NCBI GenBank assembly: GCA_012295275.1
Contig: CM022673.1
Location: 26,474,001 to 26,538,000, forward strand
DNA length: 64,000 nucleotides
DNA from: Chrysomallon squamiferum
Taxonomy: Eukaryota; Animalia; Mollusca
Direction of reading: 5' to 3'
Of the stretch, positions 27,751 through 51,548 are shown one piece after another. The notes below the pieces were generated by a model, which ran no database searches, was not told where the DNA came from, and was given only the letters and a program-made list of their open reading frames with translations. How positions within the stretch are numbered: position 1 is the stretch's first letter; every line of letters begins with the position of its first letter. The position numbers and the translations under genes were made by a program.

Positions 27751-30639
27751 ACAGAGAAAATCTAAATAAAATATCTGAAACAAACAAACAAACAAACAAA
27801 CAAACCTAAACAGTCACTCCATTGTAAAACAGACCACATTTATGACTTTCATTATGAACATTGCAGCTGAAATTATATATAACTACTAATATATGTTTTC
27901 TCTGTTAAATTATTTGTAATTGCTTCTTTTCAGTTTTGCACATTTTGCATTTAATTACTTCGGCCAAGTTGGTATTATTTTCCAAATTATCCCTAATGTG
28001 TAAGACATATTTTAACATTTAAGCACCAATATAATTCTTCTTATTTTCTTTTTTTTTTCTTTTTTAATGCACTGTTCTGAAATTGTTTCAAAGTGCACAA
28101 GTCTCGATTTCACTAATAAAATTAAGATTATATATTCATTTGTTAAGTTACACTATGCTAAAACATTAAAATATTAAATCTACAGTTTATGTAATGAAAA
28201 GTAACTAAAAATTATCTCTATATTTAAAGAAATTTTAAGAACTTAACAATATTAATAATAATAATAATAATAAATTATTAATATTTAAAAAAAATAAAAA
28301 CAATAATAATAATAATAATAAATAAATAATAAATAAATAAATAAAAGAAAAAGAAAAGAAAGAAAATTTTCAAAAAATCTGCCAATATGGCACAAATTTC
28401 TTTTGGTCATAAAACATTCTGTAAAAAAAAAATATTTAACATTTATTATATTTCTTAGAAATTTTCTTTTAAATTTTATGTTATTCTTTTGTTTTTATGT
28501 CTTTTATTTCTTTTTTTTTTGTCTTGTTTCTAAAAATGATTTTCTGTAGATTATTGTAACCAGAGATTACCTGTCTCCTCCCAAGAATTTTTAAATTTTA
28601 TTTTGAAAATAAATATGTCATGGAATGGTCACAACATGGTTAACTAGAACATGCAATTGTTAGTTTAAAACAGTTTCAAAAACCTAAAATAAAATACTGA
28701 CTGACATCGTTTCCCCATCACTTACTGAAATGACCATAACAAAAAAAATAATAAAAAAAAATAAAAATATTTACAATGTCTGTAAACTATAATTTAAAAA
28801 AAAAAAAAAAAAAAAAAAACCAATAAAAAAAGAAAGAATAATAATAAAACAAAGTAAGAGAAAAAAAACTAAGAAAAATCCCTAAGAAAAACCCAAGCCA
28901 AAAATATATTATATTCAAAATGTATGAATACAAAAGACAGTGTTGAATATAAATTCAAGTACTGATGCATTAATTAAAACTGGCCTTGGACAAACAAAAA
29001 CCTGGCCATAAAAATATCTAAGTTGCTTAATTAACATAAAACAGATACAAAAAAAATAATAATAATAAAAAAAATAGTAGTAAGTTATAAAATTAAGTAA
29101 CACCTGAGATATAAAAAACCAGGCCTCACCTGCCTACATCTCTAAGCAACAGTTTTCACCATAACTACATTACATCAACATTCTGTTCTTCTCTTGGTCA
29201 TTTCTGACCAAACAAATAAACTATTCCAACAATTAACATGAGTTATATTATAAAAATAAATAAATAAATAAAATAAATACATATATAAATATATATTTAA
29301 CATTCTATTTGAAGCACTACTGAATAAAAAATCTTCTTTAACTAAAACCGTCTCAGTTAACTACAGCCCCATTAAGCTCACACCTACACTCCAAACAGTT
29401 AATTCCATTACAAACTGGTGTTTTTTTTGTGTATAAATTAAAATTAAAATAATTAAACTTCACTCGAAGAAAGCGCCTGCCCCATGGTTTTTTAAGTACA
29501 ATAGTGGAAATGTTTCTAAAAAAAAACCCCTTATTCTTTGGTCCACATTCTGATTTGGAATGTCCATGCTGTTTTATGATGACGATGATGATGATGATGA
29601 TGGTGGTGATGATGTTGAAAACTAAATCTTCTAATTAGAAAAAAAAAACACAAATAAAATACATAAATTAAATAAATAAATATATATATACAAATTAGAT
29701 GAATTCCAAAATATAAATATTTCTAGAAAAAGGCACATTTAAGAATACATGTTAATAATGCATCAGTGTTTTTTTGTTTGTTTTTTATGTTGTTAATATT
29801 ATTTAACCTTTGTAAAGTTAGGACATTCACAACAAATAATATACATTTTAAAAGCAAGCAGCTCTATAAGATAAGTATCAGTTAAGTACATTTTTGTTTT
29901 TGTTATAAATCACCTAAATATTATAAATAAATAAATATTTATATATTCATAAGTTTATACAAACTTCAGTTAACACCATACTGTAATAAATAATTACCTT
30001 TTGGTGTATATAAAATACGAAAAAAATATCTTTTCTTCAGAAACATGCACTATTGCTTAGTTTTCTTTTTTTCTTTAAAAATAATTTCTTTTTTTTCCTA
30101 CTTTTTTTTTGCATTTCCATTTTTATCTAAAATATATAATTCTTCCAAAATCAGTTTTCTAAATTATTGAAAATTTGTTACCTGAACGACATTCATATAT
30201 TTTTTTTTTTTTACAAAGACAAATGCATTAAGTAGAAATATATATTTACATGTTATGTAATATCTTAGACTACAGTGACAATTTTACATTTGTGTTAATT
30301 TAACAGTGATTTTCAACATTTAGTAGATATAAAATAGCCTTTAAAAAGAAGAAAAAAAAGAGTATATATACAATAATTAATAACAAAGATTTCATTGTAA
30401 ACTCTGCAGAACAATTCTGCAACATGTTGTCCATCACACATATTTTATAAAATGTTTTCAAAAATAAACTAAGAAACAAAATCTCTCACATTCAATTTCC
30501 TTACGCACTGTATAAATACTCTCATACTTCACAAAGAAAATATTTTTTTATCACAGTATGCTATTAAACTGTCAAGTCTTTGGCTAAACACATGGCAGAA
30601 CTACTGAGGTGTGACTGAATAATTGTGATGCAATACTAC

Positions 30640-30995
30640 ACCATTGGGAATGCTTATTAATCTGATTTTACAGCATTCAGAATGTTTGCGATACAATTTC
30701 ACAGCATCTGGAATGGGTATAATCTGGTTTTACAACAAACAGAAATGTTTATGATATGATTTAACAGCATTCAGGATGCTTACAATCTGATTTTACTCCT
30801 ACAATCAGAATGATTATGACGTATGATTTCACAGCATTCAAAATGCTTCGCAGTCTTTATTTTTCACCAAGCATTCAGAAAATCTGTGACTACACAATGA
30901 TGTGAAGTGAAGCGAAGGTTTTACGACCAAAAATAAATAAATTAATGTGGAAATCAGTTGTTTTTTTTTTTTTTTACAGCATTCAGGAATGTTTC
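30640..30995. repeat. Degenerate ~31-bp minisatellite just downstream of the TTLL4 stop
   Basis: Recurring gattt(t)acagcattcagaatg(t/c)tt units, about 7-8 copies. Confidence 0.7.
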
Positions 30996-31216
30996 CGACC
31001 AAAAAAATAAGTGAGTTAAATAAAAATATTTTCCCGTCGCGATCAAAATCGATCTGACTTGAACCCCAGTTTGTGTTTGCTCCTCAACAGGCCAAAAGAG
31101 TGTTTCGCGTCTTTCCTGTGGTGTTGGAGAGACCTGCGCTGACTGTAGCGCTTCGAGGCAAACACTGCGTTGTTTCCACTGTACATGCTGTTGAGTGGAG
31201 GCAGGCGAACCTCCAG

Positions 31217-41261
<10,045 letters not shown>

Positions 41262-43339
41262 AGTGTGAGTTTAATCAAATATAATTTTTTTGTTCTTTTA
41301 GAAAATCCATTTTGTCATCATCTAATACCTTTTGAATTCAGACACTGAAACGACATCACTGATTAAAAACCGGATTGGTTAATTAATACATCTGAAATTA
41401 AAAGTAAATAAATCCATAAATATTTATTAAATATATAATAAAAATTTAATTAGCAAGTGTACAGATATTAAAAATGTTATTACAATATCATATAATAAAA
41501 AAAGTAAGTTTTTAAATTGGAGATGGCAGCATAATACAAATTTCAAAGATAGGTGTACCATTCTAAAACGTGGATAATAATAATAAAATGATGATGATGA
41601 TGATAAAACAAATATATGAATTTTTAAGTATTTATTATAAGTGCAGCAGTTGCTAATGAATTAGTTAAGTACATTACTGACACGTAAAATATTTAAGACT
41701 GTAATGGATCAGTACAATAAACAAATTCGATAATAAGAAATGGTTGATATTAGAATTGATCGACACACACTAATAATAACATATCGTTTACCGCCGTTGT
41801 GACAAGACTAAAAATAGCTGCATGAAATAAATGATATTAAAATTGAATTTGATATCAAAAGGCAAAACTTTACCGACAAGATTAATCCACAACGATTTTG
41901 TTTCGCCTCAAAGATCCAAAGTAACACCTGTTCAACCATTAACAAACACCCACAAATGCTAAGATACCTCTAACCCCGGTTAACTGGCATCCAATATATT
42001 TATGCGTTACATACAGACTACCAATCAAAATTCAGTTTACCTAGAGGTCTTTCGTCCGTTTTCGAATTCTGGTTATACATCCTGAATACAAGTGTTCCGT
42101 TGTGTAAATAAAAATAACAACATCGAAAACATTTAACATTAAACAAGAAAGAAGTTTAAATTTAGAGTGAATAGGCTATGTCGGCTGTCAGTGTAAACTA
42201 GGTAAATGACATTCACTGCATAGTTACTTTTTGACACGCAGCCAATGTTGATGACAACAAAACGAACAAAGTATTATGGGTAAAGTTGAGTTCATTTCAA
42301 GCGTATAATTTAAATAAATAATGAATTTAATTTATTATTATGTGCAGCAGTGAAATTAATCCAAGATACGTGGATGTCAGTAAAATATGTATTAACAGAA
42401 AAAAAAGATTGTTTTGGCAAATCCCTCCACATCTAAAGTATAAGTAATGATGTTTATTTATTTCATTATTTCTTTCTTTATTTATTTACATTTTAATTTT
42501 TGTTTATTATACTTTTTTGGTATTAAAAAATGTAGTGGTGTTACATGTTTCTATCGTATTCTTAATCCCATTATATTTCGTACATTATAAACGAAACTGA
42601 AAAATGTCAACTGGCAAGAAACAAGGGAGATAACTCATGCATTTATTTGGTAAACAAGAGTTTGTCTAACTTCAGTCGGGGGACTTTGCGTTGAATGTAA
42701 GCTACAAGTTTGTCTCCAGACTTTTGATAAACAATTTTCATTAAATAAAAAAATTCACTATCGATGTTTTGTTTCAATTATTTATCTTTGTAAACATTAT
42801 TATTATTATTATTATTTTTTAACTTCATTAGTTCATAAAACTTTATCAATTTATTAGATGTATATACAAAAATAAGTAACATACGCCTAAATCACGCACG
42901 CATGCAATCACAGTTTACACAGAATCAATTAAGTCCGAAAAAATTAATGTTAATATCCTGTTCAAAATGCATAAAATTTGTATTAATTAATTAGTTACCT
43001 ATTTTTGTTATTAAATGGGTGACTAGGTGAAACAGAGGTAAAAATAAAATTTTGATTTAAGTGTATAAAATAATTTTAATCAATAAAAAGACCATTGAAA
43101 AACAAATATATAAACAAAAATAAATCAATCAATAAATCAAAATAAAAAAATATTAATACATATCTATATATATATAAAGAAAAAAACGTATATGTATTTT
43201 AATAAACAGTGAATTCCATTCAGTTTTAACAGGTAACATATTGTTAAAAATTGTTTTCTTTAAAACTGTATTATTATTTAAACTGATAATGACTTTGGTA
43301 ATGCAAAATATATTTTATTAAAATAGTTCATTTTGTAAA

Positions 43340-43652
43340 TACGAATGGCAAACGGTAATGCACTGTATCAATAAATGTGCTGCATTTAGATCAACCAAAA
43401 TGGTAAACTTCGATATAGAATATCGTTCAGAATGGCAAACATCGATCTTTCTGTTTAATCTCTATGAATGGCATGTATCGGACCAGTGGAAAACATCGAT
43501 ATGCAAACAAGGATGTATTTGTGTAAACGGCAAACATCGATGTATTTATTTCATAGGTGGGAATTGAAATCATCGATGAATGTAATGTATTATATCAGTC
43601 TGAATGGCATCAGTATTTCATCGATGTAACATATCGGTGTGAATGGCAAACT
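43340..43652. repeat. Degenerate tandem repeat (gaatggcaaacatcgat core)
   Basis: gaatggcaaac and acatcgat recur ~7-8 times at irregular ~30-45-bp spacing. Confidence 0.6.
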
Positions 43653-45358
43653 GATATATTTTAATTTAAAAAAATGAATAAGCTGATGTCTTTTTTTTTC
43701 TTCTTTTTTTTTTTGAAGGATAACATTAAATCAGCAAAACTCTTTTTAGAAGACGGAAAATGTATCTTTTTATTTCTTCTTTTTTATTTTTATTATTATT
43801 ATTATTATTATTTTTTTTTTTTTTTTGAAGGATAACATTTTCATCAAATCCATTTCGTTTTTACCATTTATGTTTTGTCTTGAATCGTTCTTTTGAACTA
43901 ATCTTTTTCGGTTTATGATTTTCTCAGTGATCCTTTCTCCAGTTTTACATATCCCTTTAAATCGACGTCTTTTGTGTGAGATTTTTATCAAATCTTTTTC
44001 CCATTGTGTCTTCTTAAGGAATCGTCCTCTTTTTCTGAACATTCATTTTCTCGGTATTTTTTCTTTACCGTTTCAGAATTTATATTTTAGTCAGTTCAAA
44101 AACTGGATTTAAATTTCGATGTCTACTTGTCCAAGATTTTTCTTATATATAACCATACATACATCTCAAGGACATTTGTCTTATTTATTTCTCCTACCTT
44201 TTCATTTACATCCAAAGGACCTAGGTTTTCATCTCCAAGGACGTATCTGAGATCTGCCCACAAAGCTGTACGCACCACACGGTTGAGAATCTGTTTTGTT
44301 TTTTTTCTTTCCATTGTACTCAGTCTATGTATTAGCGTCGTATATATAAAAAAAATAATAATAATAAAGAAAATAAAAAAAAACAGGGCTGGAATCAGAT
44401 TATATTGAAAAGTTCAGGACGTTTTGGCTGCACATTCATTTGCCAACAGTCCCAGGATGAAAAGGTGATATTACTGTGAAACCACTTTGGCAATGACAGT
44501 CACCAGTCTAATAATCATTTTGAATCGTCCCAGAAGAGTCATCAGAACGTATTTGAGATGGTAGGTTTATTGAAACGTGAGCAGTCTACAGTAGTTAGAT
44601 GGTCATTGGCAAACTGCAAGACGAAAGGGAAAAAACTGCGCTATCGATGCCATAATCCAAACTGAAAGACAAGTGTATCAGCCACAACACCACATACATG
44701 ATGGACTACACTCAACACATTGGAAAACTTTTGTATTTCAACTGAAAACTGCAAATTATAATTAGATATATTTTTTAAAATCTGAAATTAAGAGCATGTT
44801 GCATTATACATTATACATTTTGTCTACTAAATCGTTAATATTTGATGTTTCTGTTTCCTAATGCATTTCAAAATCCTTTAAATTTTATCTGAAATTCTTT
44901 AAGGCAGATGAAGCATCTACTTGGAATAGTGACAACAAAAAAACAACCACATTTACTTTAAATATTTTTTATGTTGAATAACACGACATATTTGTAAGTT
45001 GGTTACAACTGTCTAAATTATTCTCTTCTTTGTTTCACAATTCTGTTCAAAATTCTTTGTTATATTTTGGAATTATTTAAATTTGCAGCACTGGAAAAAA
45101 ATGTTTCTAAATACACTAACCCCCAAAATTTGACAAAATTGGACTGATAAAATAATAATAATAATAAATAATTGATATTTCAATTTTTCAAAAGAAATAA
45201 TAATTAAAGTGAAGCAAAATGAAATAATGAAAGTAAATAAAGTCCAGCAAAAAAAAAAAAAAAAAATTCTTTGTTCTACAATTGTTTTGCATTACAATGC
45301 ATCTGACAAGAATAAAATCAATTACTTTGCAGGCATTCCACTTTTTCTTAGTGTATAT

Positions 45359-45396
<38 letters not shown>

Positions 45397-46257
45397 ACAC
45401 GCACAGATAGATGTCATATCTGAATTTAAATTATTAAGTATATACACACACAATAACACACACACATTTATAATTTAAGTTCAGATATCACAATGGATGA
45501 AAGTACTGATTCAACACAAACTGATAAGAAATACAAAACTGGCTTCTATTATTATTATTAATTTGTTTTTAATCAGGGTTGATGCACCTACTGGTTATCA
45601 CACATTAACGCTGGAAGCGAAAAGAAAAATATCACTGGCAGATACTTGGTAATAGAGTTATCTCCTGTGATAGCTTGTTCCTCGAAATGAGGCTCACTTC
45701 CGGTAAATTTTTGATGCTGTCATCTACATCTTTATTTTCTTCTGAATTGTGTTCATTAAGTGTTCAGTGTTCCAAATCTGAAAAAATAGTTTAATGCAAC
45801 AACCTCAAGTGGATTATTACTTTAAAATAAATTTAATAATAATAATATTAATAATTTCTTCTTAAAAAAGAAAGAAACAGTTATGATAATTAAAAACAAA
45901 AATGGCGAGAGTCTTTTTACAAAATGATTCTGAATGTTTATATCTCGGCTTATAGAGCAAATCATATTTTGCTGACGTCTCAAGGAAAATAGGTCAATTG
46001 GTTGTCTTTGTTCGTCAGTGGTTTTTGAAATAGATCAGAGGTGAAAGGGTAAGAAAACGCACTGGATTCACATTCAGCATTTCACTTTACCCTAAACGAT
46101 GTTGCTAATCATTTTAAGGAAACTGAAGATGAATATAATGAATTAAATCTAAGAATTACTAAGCATTTGAAAAACCCGAAACCAAAATATATTTTAATGA
46201 CGTATGAAAAGCAACTACAGTTTTGGATCTTCAGCTAAAACGACGACGACGACGACG

Positions 46258-46291
<34 letters not shown>

Positions 46292-46292
46292 A

Positions 46293-46327
<35 letters not shown>

Positions 46328-46906
46328 GAGGAAGAAGAAGATTCTTTATCTGAAATTTCGAAACTTTTCCCCTTCAGGAGTAATAGTGATACGTTATAGC
46401 TTTCAGAAATCCTAATTTATAAACAAAGTTAATTAAAAAATATTATATAAATAAAACCCGCAGAATACTTTTATAAGCTGTATATGGAATATAAATGGAA
46501 TAAATAAATACTAAACTTGTTGTCTTAGATAAGATTAAATTTCTGGAGTGTTCTAATAAATGTTAAAACATTTTCCATATATTTTTTTTATCCTGACTCA
46601 CTACCTACTGTTAATAATTATATGACATTGAAACAAAAACACTGTTGTTGTTGATGTTGTTATTGGTAGGTGACATAAACACCAGTCAGAACAGTAAAAA
46701 TAAAAGTATATTCTACCATGTCAGTAGTGAATTGTCCATATCAGGTGAATAAAACCAGAAGTGATTTGACTGATAATAATCATTTTATGCGTTGTTTCTT
46801 TTTGATTTCATGCGGACATTAAAAATATTATATTTTTTTAATCTTTTTTTTAAAAAATGACTTCTTAACTAAGCATGATAGAATTGATTTGTAAAAACAT
46901 TAACAA

Positions 46907-46975
<69 letters not shown>

Positions 46976-47746
46976 TTTATTAATATTTATTTATTTTTAA
47001 TTTTATTTATTGTTCAGATTTTTAATTTTCCACAAAACCGCAAACGGATAGAAATCGTGATACGATTTTAAGTTCTAAAACTACATTTTGTAGCAAGTTT
47101 TCGGTTTGACCATAATGACATTGTCATGTTGAAAATTAAAAATCTCAACAATAAATATATTTTAAATCCTAACAATACTTTTCTCTTATCCTTTTAGCAG
47201 ATCAATTCTATCATGTATAGGTCCTAGGTTCAAAAAATTTAAAATTGCACAATGATTTTATAATAAAACCTTATAATATAAAGACTTAACTAAACATTTC
47301 TTCAAATACAAATTTTCAACTTACTGACTAATTCTAAAATAAACTGTAAAAAATGAAAACCTTGAAGTGGGGCAGTTGAACTTTCCTTTATCCTCCCCCC
47401 TTGGGTCGTAGAATGTGATTCTTTTATAATAAAACCGTTCGAACATTTATTTTATATATCAAAAGACAATAGTATAATCAAAATTTGAATGTTATCCAAC
47501 ACGTATGCGCTTACTTCAGCGAAGGGTGTCCAAACGAAAGCATTATCATAGTTAAGACTAAGGTTTCGATAATAGTACAGCAGTAAAAAACAGGAAGAAT
47601 CCATTTCCACAGGTTCCCGTCAAGATGGATTTTAACACCGTGAACAGCGAGATTTTACCCAAGCCAACTTTCAGTTAAATCACTATCTGATGTCATACTA
47701 TTTTGATTTTAATGTGTTTTAAGGAAGTTTTTGCCGTGGAGGCAAA

Positions 47747-50700
47747 ATGTCGGCCTTCTTTCGGTTTTTAAGTAAACGCCGATCGAGAAGAGGTGCGAAA
47801 AATAGGACAGAACACAGCCAGCCCGCGAAGAAGAACGCATTCCCCTGCATCGTCCAGTTGTTGGACGGCACAGATTACAATGTGGATTTACATGTAAGTG
47901 CATTTTGTTTGTGTGTGGCCTTTCAGTTTCTTTTATTTTAAAAGCTATTAATTAAACGTCATAGACACTGTTAAAAATGGTTTCTCGTTATTACTTCATA
48001 ATTCATTGTTAGACATTTTAAAAACATTGTTACATTGTCATTCGTAACATTTGTATAAATTATTATAAATAAATGCTACAGTGTATTATTTTAAATGAAA
48101 TACTTTTTGCTTAGTTTAAAAAACTGTTTAAAAATAAAATAAAAATGAAATATTCCAAGAATTATGAATATTAAATTAGAACAGTTGAAACGATATAAAA
48201 ACTAACTCAACAAAATACTTTAGGTTAGCATTTTAAAAGATGTTATTGGTTAATTAAATTGCAAAAATGTCATCATCTTTATGCACACAATTAATTAAAA
48301 TCACCATCATTCTGCGTGACAAATTAATTAAATAACATTTTTACTGGATTTTTGTTTTACATTCACTTTGTTCACCACAACAAATACGATTTCAAGTATT
48401 TTCAGTTTTATAAATGCCATTTTAGCTTTGAATTTTATGAACACACTATCTAAGTATCTAAGACAGTGATATGTGGTCATTTTGAAATCATTCTGTTAGG
48501 TTTTTGTATTCTGTTTTTGACAATGGTCTCTTGGCAATGGTGTTGGACACTCAAGCCAATTTTAACTCGGTGAGTCAGTTGTTGACTGCACTGCGTTTCC
48601 GTTTAAACAATAACTGTACAGCAGAACGATTTCCTTCCTTTGACTGGGTGAATAATTGCTATAATTATACGTAAAGAGCAGACAGTTCTTGTGCTACCGT
48701 TACGTATGAATAATTTATTGTCAGTTTGCAGTTCCAGTTTCGATATTATAATTTTTGTTAAGTATATTGTATATATTCTTAAATAATGGAAATCCATATC
48801 TCTGAATGTTAGTTAGCATTATCATTATATTTAATGTTTATTCCTTTTATTATTTATTTATTTATTTTATTATTTATATATTTATTATTATTATTTTAAT
48901 TGTGTGATGACCAATCATTCACATATTACAACTGTTGAATCAGTTTTAAGTTTAACTTTCATTTTTAAAAGATGAAGCTAATGACATCTTAATAGTTTGT
49001 TTTATCATGTTTTGAACAACAACAATAATATTACAATAACAAACAAGTTATTAAAAACAGTATTTTAAACAGAAGCTAAAATATTCTAGACTTTTCTCAA
49101 AGCGAGCATCACAGCTGCTGATTGAGTGATCTTACAGCTGAAGTTGTCCACCATGCAGTTGACACTGCTGTGGCTGTGTACACACATCTGGCATGTCACA
49201 GTAACATCATTACTTCACACATCATTTCTTCACTTGACAGATGGATGTCTGGACATCTGTCCACTTTGACATCTTTCTCATCTGTCATTTGAATTATTTA
49301 ACATGTTTATCTTAATTTATAGCCTCTTTTGATTAAATTGTTAGGCTGTTGTTGTTCTTTTCTAAATTATTGTTTGCAAATTGTTTCAAGCTCTGTGAAA
49401 TTTGAGTTTAAAAATTTAAATGGTATCCAGTTGATAAATACATGTATAAATATATGTACAGAGGGACTACACATATTTTGATATGAGTCGAATTATTCAG
49501 TTATAAGATATTAAGCAGAACTGCAAGAAAAATCTGTGAATTCAATTTGAATCTTGTTTAGTATTTTTTTTTTTTTTTAAAGTTTTGAAAAATAATAATT
49601 CTTATTCATTAATAATTTTGTAAATAATTTAATATATTACCATAAATATGGGGGAATAAAAACAATTTTCTTCAAGCATTTTTTAAAAAACACATTAAAT
49701 TATTTTTAAAAAAGCATTAGTAATTTTAGAAATAAAAAAAAATTATTATTATTATTCACAACATGCAACAAATGTTTGATTTTCAGTTTTCAGTTGAGTA
49801 CAGTTCTGCAATGCGGAAATTAAGATTTGTGGATTATGCAAAACCCCATATGTTTAACACTTAATAATCATTAGGTATATATTGTAACACTGTTAAATAT
49901 TTCTTTCATTCGGAGATTTGTCGCTGCCTATTGTAAATATGAAATAATGTTTCCAAACTGAGACCCAGCTGTTCTGACATCATTTTTATATGTAACAATA
50001 TGTAACAATGTGTAACAATGTGTAACATTGTTTCATAATGTATAAATGACCTAATAACCAGCTTTGACTATGTATAACTGTGTAAGATTGTTTAACATGT
50101 ATGTACACATGTACGACATTGTTTACATAAATGAAATAAACTTAGATCAGCATTTCTGCACTGTGTGTGAATTAGTTTGGTAAGGTGCTTGGATTACATG
50201 TAGTTTTAATATACCGTTTGTTTCTGTTTATAAATAAGTAAAAGTTTTCATCAGGTATAATGTGGATTATGTTATTTATAGAAATAGATTAATGTCAGCT
50301 ATATATGTAGCAAATGTGTGAAATAGTTTCATAACATTTATGATTACATTATAGTTTAAATATACTAATTTATATATTATATATATGTGTGTGTGTGTGT
50401 GTTTTAGTTTTTTGTTTTGTTTTTTCGTAGCATATCTGTATGGACTTAGTGTTTATATATATAAAATGAGCTTACATCAACGTACATATAATATAGGAAT
50501 GTGTGGAATAGTTTGATACCAGCTTTGTCTATATACAGCCACATAGTTTCATAATGCATAAATGGAGTGTGTTTTTGATGTAAATACAATATCATTTGGC
50601 TTTGTCTGTAAATGTCAGAGTGAGAGTTTTTTAGATAACATGATGAATGTTGTTTACATTAACGACAAGGTACAGACAGACAAAATCAATATCTGAATGT

Positions 50701-51510
50701 GAAATGAAGTTTTTTAACACTAAGTTGTGACTAACAGTTTATCTGTTAATATTCGTGAGATAATTTAGTTTCATTATCTGTATTTCTTTTAATCAGTTTT
50801 TCTTTCTTTCCTTCTTTGTGTACCTTTTTCTCCTTCTTTCTCTCTTACTTTCTTATATACCTACACCTGCAGACAGACAGACAGACACACACACACAGAC
50901 ACACACACACACACACACCACCAGTACCTACAATATATACATATATACACAAGATATAGAAAACGTTACAGAAAGTATGGGTTGTATTATTATTCTTTAT
51001 GTAAAATACATTTATTAGTTTCCCCAGTAAATAAAAGTATATACGAGCATTTTGCTCAGTGTATTTACATTAATGACAGTTAATATCAGAATGTAAGACT
51101 GTTTATGAGATGAGACTTGTACAGTGTCGCTGGGTCGCACACAACAGCAGCACTCACTACATGTTGACAGGTTGTTGATGACAGGTGTCAGTTTAGAGAG
51201 GTCAGTGTGATATAAACACAGCAGTGTATATACTTTCATCACCTTCACTGACTATCAGCACACTACTTTAAATGTAACCACACACAGACACATAGACACA
51301 CATATCACACGCCTGCATACACACACACAACACACACACACAGACACACACACACACACCACATATACACACATGCACACACACACACACAACAGATGCA
51401 CTCACATACAGCCATATATATAACATACATATATACATACAACACATTCAAAGATACATACAGTACATGCACATACATATATACATACACACATTCAAAG
51501 ATACATACAT

Positions 51511-51548
<38 letters not shown>

